Position numbers and translations under genes: made by a program. Below the pieces are notes generated by a model that worked only from the letters and a program-made list of their open reading frames with translations, was not told where the DNA came from and made no database searches. This document shows positions 12,847 to 23,986 of a stretch of DNA of 64,000 nucleotides, piece by piece (the first letter of the stretch is position 1; every line of letters begins with the position of its first letter). Source of the DNA: an uncultured Planctomycetaceae bacterium (lineage in GTDB: Bacteria > Planctomycetota > Planctomycetia > Pirellulales > PALSA-1355); assembly GCA_963791755.1 (NCBI GenBank), contig CAWBTK010000006.1, forward strand, positions 351,978 through 415,977. The letters run 5' to 3'.

Positions 12847-14163
12847 ATGGCCTACCTGCTGAACCTGCTCTACGTCGGCCTGCTGGCGATCGCCTCGCCG
12901 TGGCTGGTCGCCTCCGCGATTCGCAAGGGCAAGTACCGCGAAGGCTGGGGCGCAAAGTTCCTGGGCCTGGTGCCCCGGCGCGATTCGCTCGCCCCCTGCG
13001 TCTGGCTTCACGCGGTGAGCCTGGGCGAAGTCAGCCTGATCGCCTCGCTGGTCGCCGAAATCCGCCGCCGGCATCCCGACTGGGACATCGTCATCTCGAC
13101 GACCACGCTGACCGGCTACTCGCTGGCCCAGTACGCGCTATGCCGAGCACTCCGGTCTTCTACTGCCCGCTCGATTTCACTTGGGCGGTGCGTCGGCGCT
13201 GCGGCGGATTCGCCCAGCTTGCTGGTGCTGGCCGAGTTGGAACTGTGGCCCAACTTGATCGCCGCGGCCCGCCGCGCGGCGCGAAGGTGGCGATCGTCAA
13301 CGGCCGGTTGAGCGATCGGAGCTTTCGCGGCTACCGTCGTTTCGGCCGCTGGTCCGCCGGCTGCTGGGCCAGGTCGATCTGGTGGCCGCGCAGAACGCGC
13401 ACTATGCCGAGCGGTTCCTCGGCATCGGAGCGCCCGAGGACAAGCTGTACGTCACCGGCTCGCTCAAGTTCGACGGCGCCAAGACCGATCGCGACAATCC
13501 CGCCACTGTGCGATTGCGAGCACTGGCCGGCATCGAGCCGACGGACATCGTCTTCCTGGCCGGCAGCACGCAGGACCCCGAAGAGCAGTTGGCCCTGGAG
13601 GCATTCCGCCAGTTGTCGCCGGCGCATCCGCGGCTTGCGGCTGGTCATCGTGCCGCGGCATCCCGAGCGGTTCGACGAAGTGGCCGATTTGCTGGCCGCC
13701 AGCGGCCTGCCCTGGCAAAGGCGAACGCAACTCGACAGCAGTCCGCTAAATCCCAGCGCCCGCGTGCTGCTGGTCGATCGGGTGGGCGAGTTGGCGCGCC
13801 TGGTGGGGGACGGCCACAATCGCCTACGTCGGCGGCAGCATGGGCAAGCGCCAGGGGCAGAACATGATCGAGCCGGCGGCCTACGGCGCGGCGGTTTCGT
13901 TCGGTCCCAACACGCGCAATTTTCGCGACGTCGTCGAGGCCCTGCTGGCCGCCGAGGCGGCGGTCGTCGTGCAAGACGGCCCCGAGTTGACCGCCTTCGT
14001 GCGGCGGTGCCTCGACGATCCCCCATTCGCCGAAGCGCTCGGCGCTCGGGCTCGCCGTGTCGTGGCCAGCCAACTGGGTGCGACGGCGCGGACGGTCGAC
14101 CTGCTCGACGCACTGGTCACAGGCGCGTCTTCCACCGTCGCCAAGGACCGTGCGGCGGCGTAG
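12847..14163 (+). pseudogene. waaA: 3-deoxy-D-manno-octulosonic acid (Kdo) transferase; about 6 frame breaks, the last near 13800
   Basis: Segments across three frames include VWLHAVSLGEVSLIASLV, LLVLAELELWPNLI, GAKVAIVNGRLSDRSFRGY, AAQNAHYAERFLGIGA, LVIVPRHPERFDEV, and AYVGGSMGKRQGQNMIEPAAYGAAVSFGPN. Confidence 0.8.
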
Positions 14164-14194
14164 TCTGCCCCCCGCTGCTGCCGGCGTGCTAGAG

Positions 14195-14224
14195 TTGCTA
14201 TGCCCGCCCGCGCGTCGTTATAAT
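14195..14224 (+). promoter_or_regulatory. Candidate sigma70-type promoter for metK
   Basis: TTGCTA (14195-14200), an 18-nt spacer, then a perfect TATAAT (14219-14224). This would start transcription after the track ATG at 14223, which supports the GTG 14295 start. Confidence 0.4.
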
Positions 14225-14294
14225 GCCCAATCGTTTCTTCCGCGACGCCGTTCCGCTGTGGACCGGCCGTTACCTTGAGACAGGAGACTGCCAC

Positions 14295-15482
<1,188 letters not shown>

Positions 15483-15505
15483 AAACCTGTCGGCACGGAG
15501 CCCGC

Positions 15506-16345
15506 ATGGAAGCTCGCACCGCCACGCTGAGCGCGGCTTCGCCAGCGATCGAATTGCCGGCGGCCGCGGCCGTTGCGCGGTCGGTCGCGATCGCGGGCTG
15601 TTCGCTTCTGGCCGTCGGCGGACTAATAGTTTTCGCGCGGAGGGCAAGCGGGGCGCTCGTCGCTCCGTTAACCCCTGGCGTGCTGCTGGCCTGCGCTTGT
15701 CTGTTGGCCGCGGCCGCTCTCGTGTTTCGCGCGGCGTTTCAACCGCGACAGCGGCCTGATGAGCGCTGGACCGAATACGCGTTCCGCGCGATGCCCAGCG
15801 GCGTGCTGCTGCTGTGGGCGATTGGTCTCTCGGCGCCCGGCACGGGCTTTGGATTGCTCGCGCTCTGGGGCGTGCTCTTGTTGGAAGAGGGATGGAGCTG
15901 GGGGCAATTCGGTCGTCGCTCGCCGGTTGCGGCGCCCTCGGCCGAGTTGAGCACATCCCTCACCGACCAACCGGCTTCCCTGGGGGAAACCGGGCCGTTC
16001 TTGAGCGATATCGAAGCGACAGTCGAGGCCGATGAGCCAGACGAGGCAATCTGCCAACAAGTCGTCCGCCGTCGCGAATCGGATGGCAGCGAGACGATCT
16101 CTGGCTGGCTCCGCGCTCCGGTTCCCGCCGCGGCGCGGCATGCCGCGGCCCACGTGGCCATTTGTCCGCCCTTCGAGGGCCTGCCCCAGTGCTTCGCCGA
16201 GCAAATGGACGGCCCGCCCGCCCAGGTCAAAGTGGCCCAGGTGTTGCCGCACGGCGTACGGTTCGAGATCAAGCTCGACGAGCCTGCCGCCGAAGCATCC
16301 GACGTTCTGATCGAGTTCTCGATTCAATACGACGGCGCGAAATAG
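15506..16345 (+). CDS. Hypothetical membrane protein (N-terminal TM helices, soluble C-terminal domain)
   Basis: Intact 279-aa ORF with GC3-rich codons and several hydrophobic helices in the first 130 aa. I recognise no family. Confidence 0.5.
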   Translation: MEARTATLSAASPAIELPAAAAVARSVAIAGCSLLAVGGLIVFARRASGALVAPLTPGVLLACACLLAAAALVFRAAFQPRQRPDERWTEYAFRAMPSGVLLLWAIGLSAPGTGFGLLALWGVLLLEEGWSWGQFGRRSPVAAPSAELSTSLTDQPASLGETGPFLSDIEATVEADEPDEAICQQVVRRRESDGSETISGWLRAPVPAAARHAAAHVAICPPFEGLPQCFAEQMDGPPAQVKVAQVLPHGVRFEIKLDEPAAEASDVLIEFSIQYDGAK

Positions 16346-16351
16346 AAAAAT

Positions 16352-16417
16352 GTAGGTCATGTCTTGGCATGACAGGCAGCGTCCAAGAGTTTCTTGTCAC
16401 GCCAGGGCATGACCTAC
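16352..16417. repeat. Short (66 bp) member of the GTAGGTCA...TGACCTAC nested-palindrome family
   Basis: GTAGGTCATGTCTTGGCATGACAGG ... CTTGTCACGCCAGGGCATGACCTAC. The arms form an inverted repeat and each is a hairpin (GTCATG/CATGAC). The element fills the spacer between two convergent stop codons (16345 and 16433). Confidence 0.65.
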
Positions 16418-16432
16418 GATACCACCGCATGC

Positions 16433-17461
16433 TCAGCGGGCTTCAGCCGCTTCTTGCAATATCCGGCCCATCTCTTGCACGACGCGCGGCGAGGGCAGAT
16501 CGACCCGGCCGTCGATCAGAAACACGAAGTTGTCGGCCAGGATTTCCTCGGGATGGATGATGTAATCCGTGTTCGTGCCGACTTGCTCGGCGAATCCCGG
16601 CACGCTGCCCGGCTCGAAGAACAGCGGCCTCCCCTCGACGACCGCCGCGCGGCGCATTCCGTTGTCATTCTCCAGCGCCATCAGCTTGAATTCCAGATAA
16701 GCGAACAGCGTTCCGCCTCGGGCCGCGTCGTAGCGGGACGACTTGGAGAACAGCACCGGCATCAACTCCATCTGGCGACCGTTCTGCACGACCGTGATGT
16801 ATTGGTTGTTGAGCGGGGCGTCGGGATTCGTGATTTTCCGCGCGGCCAACGGGCCGGGCAGCGCCACTTCATTGCACTTCTGAAAACCGATCGAGTTGTA
16901 AAGCTTCTGCCGGAGCTCGGGATTCTGGTTGCTCAACACGTGAAACAGCTCGTGCGGCAAGATCGTATCGAGCCGCTTGTTCGCCAGCATATTGGCCGGC
17001 AGAACAATCGCCGGACCGCGGCAATAGGCCGCGCGCGAGTCTTCCTGCCCGTCGGTTTTGACCAGCCAGATGACCGGCGGCAAGTTGAGCTTCCAGTGCT
17101 TCAGCTTCGCGGCCATCGATTCGATCAATGGCGTCAGCAGGGCTTGATCCGCCGCCGTCCACGGCAGCACGTGCAGCGGAATATAAGCAAGCAGGTCCTG
17201 TTCGGAGACATCCCGGTCGGACTTGAGCCGTACCTGGCGATCGAAAGGGCTCAGCGCCGCGATAAAGTCGTCGCGCTTCGTGAGGGCTTCCCTGGCTTCG
17301 CGCACGTCGGCAAATCGCAGCACCGTGCTGTCGGTGAGCGGAATGTCCACGGCCATCGCCGGGGAGCACGCGCCAACCAAAGCCAGGCAGCGCAGGCAAT
17401 TGGCGAACACCACATCCACCACGCGACGTCTTCGCGGCCACGCACGTTGGGTCAGCATCAT
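16433..17461 (-). CDS. Secreted hypothetical protein with an HExxH zinc-metallopeptidase-like motif
   Basis: Starts at ATG 17461-17459. It has a signal-like N-terminus (VVFANCLRCLALVGACSPAMA) and the motif ILPHELFHVLS. The upstream part of track ORF 16433..17923 is read-through over the methyltransferase gene. Confidence 0.6.
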   Translation of the reverse strand: MMLTQRAWPRRRRVVDVVFANCLRCLALVGACSPAMAVDIPLTDSTVLRFADVREAREALTKRDDFIAALSPFDRQVRLKSDRDVSEQDLLAYIPLHVLPWTAADQALLTPLIESMAAKLKHWKLNLPPVIWLVKTDGQEDSRAAYCRGPAIVLPANMLANKRLDTILPHELFHVLSNQNPELRQKLYNSIGFQKCNEVALPGPLAARKITNPDAPLNNQYITVVQNGRQMELMPVLFSKSSRYDAARGGTLFAYLEFKLMALENDNGMRRAAVVEGRPLFFEPGSVPGFAEQVGTNTDYIIHPEEILADNFVFLIDGRVDLPSPRVVQEMGRILQEAAEAR

Positions 17462-17585
17462 GATCGGTTTCCGGCGAGTCGCGGCCGATGCGGAAGTTCT
17501 CGGCCCGCTGCATCGTATCGAACCGCGCCCGGTCGGTCCAGTTGCGGCATGTTCGGTGCGGCACTCGCGCCCGTCGCGCCCGGGC

Positions 17586-18326
17586 CTACTTAACGCCTTC
17601 CAGCACAGCCCACATCTGCTTGTGCCAGGGTGCGGCCACGCTGCGAAATCCGCAATCGCAGAGATAGGCAAGTTGCGCTTCGATCGTCTCCTGCCAATCG
17701 TCGCCGCTGGTCCGCGGCAGGCCGAAGCGCGTGACGTTGCGATCTTGCCATTTATCGAGCAGCGGCTTGATGCCGATGTCGACCCGCCCTTCGGCCACGA
17801 TCTCGCGCATGTGCGCCGCCCAGGCTTCGACCTCTTTGCGAAACTCGGCATCGTCGGCCGGGCGGATCTCATCGCCATTGAGCAGGATGCCCAGCGGCTC
17901 AAGCGCCCCGTAGGCCTGCGCATAAACGGCTTGCTTTTCTTCCGGACTGAGGTGATGAATGGCCGACATGCTGGTGATCACTTGCGGGGCCGCGGGGAGC
18001 CTTGCGGCCCAATCGTCTTGCAGCCGCGCAACCAGGCAAGTGCCGCGGCCCTCGAACGGCGCCAGACGCTCTTTGGCGATCGCCAGAAACGCCTCGGATT
18101 GATCGATGACGATCGCCGTGGCGCGTGTGAATCGGGCCAGGAACTTTTCAGCCAGCCGGCCCGATCCGCCTCCCAAATCGACCAGCAGAAACTCGGCATC
18201 CAGCGGGCGGGCGATGCGTGCCAAAATCGCATCCTGAATTTCCAGGTAGTGCGGATGGATGATCGCGGCCGCTCGATCGTACCCGGCGGCGTACTCGGTC
18301 TGGTTCCAGCGATAGATCTGATTCAA
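17586..18326 (-). CDS. Class I SAM-dependent methyltransferase
   Basis: Intact 246 aa with SAM motif I LLVDLGGGSGRLAEKF. Confidence 0.8.
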   Translation of the reverse strand: MNQIYRWNQTEYAAGYDRAAAIIHPHYLEIQDAILARIARPLDAEFLLVDLGGGSGRLAEKFLARFTRATAIVIDQSEAFLAIAKERLAPFEGRGTCLVARLQDDWAARLPAAPQVITSMSAIHHLSPEEKQAVYAQAYGALEPLGILLNGDEIRPADDAEFRKEVEAWAAHMREIVAEGRVDIGIKPLLDKWQDRNVTRFGLPRTSGDDWQETIEAQLAYLCDCGFRSVAAPWHKQMWAVLEGVK

Positions 18327-18693
18327 CGGAGTCGTCTCCTCGAATGAGCGTTGTGGCGGCTGTCAGTTTAGCCGGGATTTCGCGGACCGTGACGTCGTTT
18401 TCGGCAAAAAACGCGTTGTCTCGCATCGATCGGCCTCCGGCCGGCTAGGTGCCCTTTGCGATCCGGTCGCGCACGTAAATAATGAACGAGTAAGCAAACC
18501 AATCCGCGTTGGCACGAATCGCCGCCGGCGAGTGCGAGAGACCTCAAGTTACCAAAAGGTTCGTATGGCTCGCTGGCCGCGGCATATATGGACGTCGATC
18601 GTCACGTACGTGATTATCTTTGGCGTGTTCCCGTTGTTGTGTTTTTTGGCTTGGGCCTGGGTGCGCGGCCGGATTTGATGGGCCGTTTGCCCC

Positions 18694-20133
18694 GTGAGCA
18701 ACGAGAGACCGCGGGCCGGAGAAAAATGCTTGGATAACCGTAAGCAACAACTGCATGCCCGCCTGGCGCCGTTCGAACAGCAGCACGTGCTGGCCTTTTG
18801 GGACCAGCTCGACGAGCCCGCGCAATGCGAATTGGCCGCTCAGCTCGAGTCGCTCGATCTGCGCCTGATCGCCGACTTGCACCGTGCCGGCCACGCGGCC
18901 GAAGATTGGGCGGCGCTCGCGCTCCGTGCCGCGCCGCCCCCGGCCGTCCGACTGTCCGATCGCGAGCGAACGAGTTCCGTGCACTCCGCGCAAGATCGCG
19001 GTTGGCAGGCGTTGGCCGCCGGCCAGGTCGGCGTGGTGCTCGTCGCCGGAGGCCAGGGCACCCGGCTCGGATTCGATCATCCCAAGGGCATGTTTTCGAT
19101 CGGACCGGTCTCGGGCGCGAGCCTGTTTCAGATCCTGCTGGAAAAAATCGCGGCCCGATCGCGCGTTGCCGGCATGCGGATCCCGCTCTACCTGATGACC
19201 AGTCCGGCCACGCACCACGAAACCGTCGAGTATTTGCGAGCCAACGAAAATTTCGGATTGCCGTCGGAAGACGTCACGATCTTCACCCAGGGCACGATGC
19301 CGGCAGTCGACGCCGCCACGGGCCGCTTATTGCTGGCCGACAAGGGACAACTCGCGCTCAGTCCCGACGGTCACGGAGGCACCCTGTTCGCGCTGGCCCC
19401 TTGGCTGGCCGACGTTCGCCGCCGAGGGCTCCAGCAGCTGTTCTATTGCCAGGTTGACAATCCGCTGGTCGAAATGTGCGATCCTGAATTCCTCGGCTAT
19501 CACTTGCTGGCCCAGTCCGAGTTGTCGACGCAAGTGGTTGCCAAACGAACTTCCCGCGACAAGGTCGGCAACGTGGTTTCGATCGACGGAAAACTGCGAA
19601 TCATCGAGTACAGCGATCTCAATCCCTTGCCCGACGACATCGTCGACCGCATGTCGAGCGACGGCTCGCCGGTCTTCTGGGCCGGCAACACGGCGATCCA
19701 CGTGTTCGACGTGACCTTCCTGGAGCGCATGGTGCAAAGCGGCTCGGCGTTGCCCTTTCACGTGGCCCAAAAGGCCGTCTCCGCGCTCGATCCCGCCGGC
19801 GCGCGAATCGAGCCGACCAAACCCAACGCCATCAAGTTCGAACGATTCATCTTCGACCTGCTGCCCGAAGCGCGACACGCGATCGTGGTTGAAGTCGACG
19901 AGGCCAGCACGTTTGCTCCGGTCAAGAATGCACCGGGCGAAGCTCGCGACACGCCCCAGAGCGTGCAGGCGCAAATGATCGCCCAGTACGCCGAGTGGCT
20001 GCGCGCCGCGGGCTGCGAGCTTGCCGCCGGCGTGGCCGTCGAGTTCAGTCCCCTGTTTGCCCAAAATGCCCAGGAAGTGGCCGCTCGCGTGCGACCGGGA
20101 ATGGTCGTGACTCGGGCCCGCTACTTCTGCTAG
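18694..20133 (+). CDS. UDP-sugar pyrophosphorylase of the UDPGP (UAP1/AGX-like) family
   Basis: Intact 479 aa. The signature is VVLVAGGQGTRLGFDHPKGMF, followed by YLMTS, VDNPLV and a C-terminal beta-helix-like region. The exact start is uncertain (GTG 18694 or TTG 18730). Confidence 0.8.
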   Translation: MSNERPRAGEKCLDNRKQQLHARLAPFEQQHVLAFWDQLDEPAQCELAAQLESLDLRLIADLHRAGHAAEDWAALALRAAPPPAVRLSDRERTSSVHSAQDRGWQALAAGQVGVVLVAGGQGTRLGFDHPKGMFSIGPVSGASLFQILLEKIAARSRVAGMRIPLYLMTSPATHHETVEYLRANENFGLPSEDVTIFTQGTMPAVDAATGRLLLADKGQLALSPDGHGGTLFALAPWLADVRRRGLQQLFYCQVDNPLVEMCDPEFLGYHLLAQSELSTQVVAKRTSRDKVGNVVSIDGKLRIIEYSDLNPLPDDIVDRMSSDGSPVFWAGNTAIHVFDVTFLERMVQSGSALPFHVAQKAVSALDPAGARIEPTKPNAIKFERFIFDLLPEARHAIVVEVDEASTFAPVKNAPGEARDTPQSVQAQMIAQYAEWLRAAGCELAAGVAVEFSPLFAQNAQEVAARVRPGMVVTRARYFC

Positions 20134-20165
20134 CCTGACGCTTCCTTCTAGCTGACAAGGTAACC

Positions 20166-21246
20166 ATGCTGCACGCAGTGATCATGGCGGGCGGATCGGG
20201 TACGCGGTTCTGGCCCGAGAGCCGCGGCGCGCGGCCCAAGCAGTTGTTGCAACTCGTGGGCGAGCGGACGATGATTCAATCGACCGTGGATCGGCTGGGC
20301 CGTTTCGTGCCGCCCGAGCGCGTCCTGGTAGTGACCAGCGCCGCGCTGCTCGATCAGATCCGCAAGCAACTGCCGTCGCTCGCTCCGACGTCGCTGGTGG
20401 GCGAGCCTTGCCGCCGCGACACCGCGCCCTGCGTGGGACTGGCCGCGCTGCAAGTCGTGCGCACCGATCCCGAGGGCATCATGGCCGTCATGCCCTCGGA
20501 CCATGTCATCTCGCCCGAAGCGGCCTTTCAGCAAGCTATTGAGCAGGCCGCCGCCTTGGTCGAAGCGGCCCCCCGGCGCATCGTGACGTTTGGCATTCGC
20601 CCGACCTACGCGGCCGAGTCGTTCGGCTACATCGAGCGCGGGCAACCGCTCGCCGGCAAAGACAGTGCGCGGGTGTTCCACGTCAAGCAGTTTCGCGAGA
20701 AGCCCAAGCGCCGATATCGCGGCCGAGTATCTTGCCGCCGGCACGTTCTATTGGAACTCGGGCATTTTTGTGTGGAAGGCTTCCACCATCCTTCGCGCGC
20801 TCGAAGAGCGACAGCCGGAGATGATGGAACATTTGAGAAAGATCGACGCGGCTTGGGGCAGTCCCCGGCAAGACGACGTCTTCGCGCACGAATTTGCCGC
20901 CATCCACGGCATTTCGATCGACTACGCCGTGATGGAACACGCCCGCGAGGTGCTGGTCATCGAGGCGCCTTTCTCTTGGGACGACGTCGGCAGTTGGCAG
21001 GCGATCGCCCGCTTGCAGGGGGCCGATGCCGACGACAACACGATCTCTGGAAAACATCTGGGATTGGACACGCGCGGCAGCATCGTGCGCTCCAGCGACG
21101 GACATCTGATCGTAACCATGGGCGTCTCCGACCTGATCGTGGTCCACACGCCCGAGGCCACGCTGGTGGCCAATAAGCGCGACGAGGAATCGATTCGCCG
21201 GCTGGTCAAGTTGATTGCCGAGCGAGGGTGGGAGGAGTACCTTTAA
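20166..21246 (+). CDS. manC: Mannose-1-phosphate guanylyltransferase; 1 frame break (~20706)
   Basis: MLHAVIMAGGSGTRFWPESR...KQLL runs into the second frame as ...AAEYLAAGTFYWNSGIFVW...ISIDYAVMEH. An extra A at 20706-20707 separates the two frames. Confidence 0.85.
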
Positions 21247-21248
21247 GC

Positions 21249-22329
21249 ATGACGTTGCTGGATCGGCGCCGATTCACGAAAGCTTGCGTTTTGGCTGCCA
21301 GCGGGTCCCTGCGACCTTGGCTGGCCAGGGCTGAAGACGTGCCAGACAAACCACCCTCGACCGGAAACCTCAACGCCGTGACGCCCACGCTGGGCGGCCG
21401 GCAGTTTTGGGCCGACGAATACTACTTCCACAATTGGCACATTCAGCGCAACGTTTTCACCGGGCATTATCGCCTGCTGGACGGCTCGAACCTCCGCCGC
21501 GCCTGGGGCACGTTCGACGAGTGCCACGCCAAGCTCATGAAAATTCGCGACGAGCGGCGACTTGCCGGCCATGAGCGGCCCGGCCGTGGTCGTGCTGCAT
21601 GGACTGTTCCGCAGCGGCCACTCGATGGGTCGAATGGCCAAGTTCCTCCGCGAGAAGGGGGGCTATTCGGTCTTCAACGTCAACTATCCCACCACGCGCG
21701 GCCCCGTGACCGACCACGCCCAGTCGTTGGCCAAGGTGATTGCCAGCCTGGAGGGAATCGAGGAAATCAATTTCGTGGCCCATAGCCTGGGCAACCTCGT
21801 CGTGCGGCACTACCTGGGCGATCACACGAATCCCGCGGTCGGAGTCTTTCCCGATCCGCGCATCGGACGCATGGTCATGCTGGGCCCGCCCAATCAAGGG
21901 GCCCAATTGGCCGAAGCCCTGGGCCAGTATCGCCTGTTCCACATGGTCGCGGGAAAATCCGCCAGCGAGCTCGGTCGCGACTGGCAACAGCTCGAATCAC
22001 GCCTGGCCACGCCGGCCTGTCCGTTTGGAATCCTGGCCGGCGGACGCGGCACCGAAAAAGGCTACAATCCCTTTTTGGGCACTGACAACGACATGGTCGT
22101 CAGCGTCGAGTGTACGCGGCTGGCCGGCGCGGCCGATTTCGCCGTCCTGCCCGTGGTGCATACGTTGATGATGGATGACGCTAAAGTGCAAGAATACACG
22201 CTTCGGTTCCTGAAACACGGGTATTTCATTTCCAAGGACCAGCGCCAGCCGATCGTGCTTGCCGCGCCGCGGCTGGCGCCGGCGTTCGATGCCAACGATG
22301 CCAACAATGACGCCAACACGGTCCGCTAG
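21249..22329 (+). CDS. Exported alpha/beta-hydrolase (lipase/esterase-like) with a twin-arginine signal; 1 frame break (~21558)
   Basis: The N-terminus MTLLDRRRFTKACVLAASG resembles a Tat signal. The second frame reads AVVVLHGLFRSGHSM...INFVAHSLGNLVVRHYL (GxSxG-type nucleophile elbow). Treating this as a single gene is inference. Confidence 0.6.
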
Positions 22330-22346
22330 TACGCCTGTGACATGCG

Positions 22347-22829
22347 ATGCCTGAATCGTCCAGCGGTCCACCAGGAAGAATTGCCGGGATCGATTTTGGC
22401 ACCGTTCGCATCGGCGTGGCGATATCCGACGCCAGCGGCTCGATTGCCAGTCCGTTGGAAACCTACCTGCGCCGCGACGAGGCCCAGGACCGTCGTTGGT
22501 TTCAGAAACTCGCGGCCGATGAGCATGTCGTGCGATTCGTGGTCGGCCTGCCGGTGCATCTCGACGGCCGCGAAAGCAAAAAATCGACCGAAGCCCGCGC
22601 GTTCGGCCGCTGGCTGGCCGAGATCAGCGGCCTGCCCGTCGAGTATTTCGACGAACGCTTCACGACCCACGATGCCCAAGTGTTTCTTTCCGGGGCCGGT
22701 TTGAGCAAGAAGAAGCGCCAGGCGCGCCTCGACAAATTGGCGGCGCAAATCATGCTCACGGCGTACCTCGAAAAACGGCGCGACAATCCCGACGCGGCCG
22801 ACGAACCCCTGCGCGGCCTGGATGAATAA
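22347..22829 (+). CDS. ruvX: Holliday-junction resolvase-like nuclease RuvX/YqgF
   Basis: Intact 160 aa. Motifs: IAGIDFGTVRIGVAISD and VVGLPVHLDGRES. Confidence 0.85.
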   Translation: MPESSSGPPGRIAGIDFGTVRIGVAISDASGSIASPLETYLRRDEAQDRRWFQKLAADEHVVRFVVGLPVHLDGRESKKSTEARAFGRWLAEISGLPVEYFDERFTTHDAQVFLSGAGLSKKKRQARLDKLAAQIMLTAYLEKRRDNPDAADEPLRGLDE

Positions 22830-22835
22830 TCAGTC

Positions 22836-22886
22836 GGGGACTGTCCCGATTTTGCGAAGTCCGCGGAGCAAAATGGGACTGTCCCC
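22836..22886. repeat. GC-rich palindromic element GGGGACTGTCCCGATTTTGC / GCAAAATGGGACTGTCCCC
   Basis: Inverted 19-20-nt arms (22836-22855 and 22868-22886) surround a 12-nt loop. Each arm contains the near-palindrome GGGACTGTCCC. The element lies 7 nt after the ruvX stop. Confidence 0.6.
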
Positions 22887-22917
22887 TCTCCGAGACCAAG
22901 TGGTATCCAGAAAATTT

Positions 22918-23781
22918 ATGTCCAAACTAATTCTCGGCTGCGGATACCTGGGCCGCCGCGTGGCACGCCTCTGGCGCCACTCGGGCGACGAGGTGTTCGT
23001 CGTCACGCGCTCCAGCGACCGCGCTCGTGCCTTGTCGGCCGAGGGCTATCGGGCGATCGTGGCCGACGTGCTCCAACCGAGCTCGTTGGCGGATCTCCCC
23101 TCGGCCGACACCGTGCTTTACTCGATCGGCTACGACCGCGCCGCGGGCGCGTCGATGCACGAAGTGTACGTTGACGGATTGCGAGCCGTGTTGGGGGCGC
23201 TTCCGGCGCCGACCGGCAAGTTTATCTACGTCAGCTCGACCGGTGTCTACGGCCAAAGCCACGGCGAGAGCGTCGACGAAGATTCGCCTTGCGAGCCGAC
23301 GCGCGAGGGAGGCCGCGCATGCCTGGCCGCCGAAGCCGTCTTGGCCGCGCATTCTCTGGGCGATCGAGCGATCGTGCTCCGCATGGCCGGCTTGTATGGT
23401 CCCGGTCGAGTTCCCAATATCGCCGAGATTCGCGCCGGCCGGCCGCTCGTGGCGCCCGCGTCGGGTTGTCTGAATTTGATTCACGTCGACGATGCGGCCG
23501 CGGTCGTGTTGGCGGCGGACGAGCGGGCCAGCCCTCCACGGACATATCTGGTGTCCGACGGGCAGCCAGTCGATCGGCGCGACTATTATCGCGAACTCGC
23601 CAGGCTGCTGGGGGTCGCGTCGGTGGAATTCGTCGCACCGCCCGCGGGCGACCCGGCCACCGTTCGCGCCACCGCCGATAAGCGAATCAACAACGCGCGC
23701 ATGGTGGCCGAGCTGGCCGTGCGTCTCTCCTATCCCTCGTATCGCGAGGGTTTGGCCGCCAGCGTGACCACTGAAACGTAA
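22918..23781 (+). CDS. NAD(P)-dependent epimerase/dehydratase-family (extended SDR) protein
   Basis: Starts at ATG 22918; the track ORF begins inside the upstream palindrome. Motifs: ILGCGYLGRRVA (Rossmann-type) and YVSSTGVYG. Confidence 0.75.
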   Translation: MSKLILGCGYLGRRVARLWRHSGDEVFVVTRSSDRARALSAEGYRAIVADVLQPSSLADLPSADTVLYSIGYDRAAGASMHEVYVDGLRAVLGALPAPTGKFIYVSSTGVYGQSHGESVDEDSPCEPTREGGRACLAAEAVLAAHSLGDRAIVLRMAGLYGPGRVPNIAEIRAGRPLVAPASGCLNLIHVDDAAAVVLAADERASPPRTYLVSDGQPVDRRDYYRELARLLGVASVEFVAPPAGDPATVRATADKRINNARMVAELAVRLSYPSYREGLAASVTTET

Positions 23782-23986
23782 TGGCCGCCCACGGTTAGCG
23801 ATTCGGATCAACCGGGGTGCTTGTCCCCTCGTGGACCACGATCTAGAATTCGTTCCTCCCGCCGGCGAGCGTGCTTCGCCGGCAAGGCCGCGCGTGGGCA
23901 GTACGGTCTGAGGCCCTGATATTAGCCAAGGTGCGGCCGATCACACGATCCGCCAGCACTATCGCCACCAAGAAGGACCAACGACG

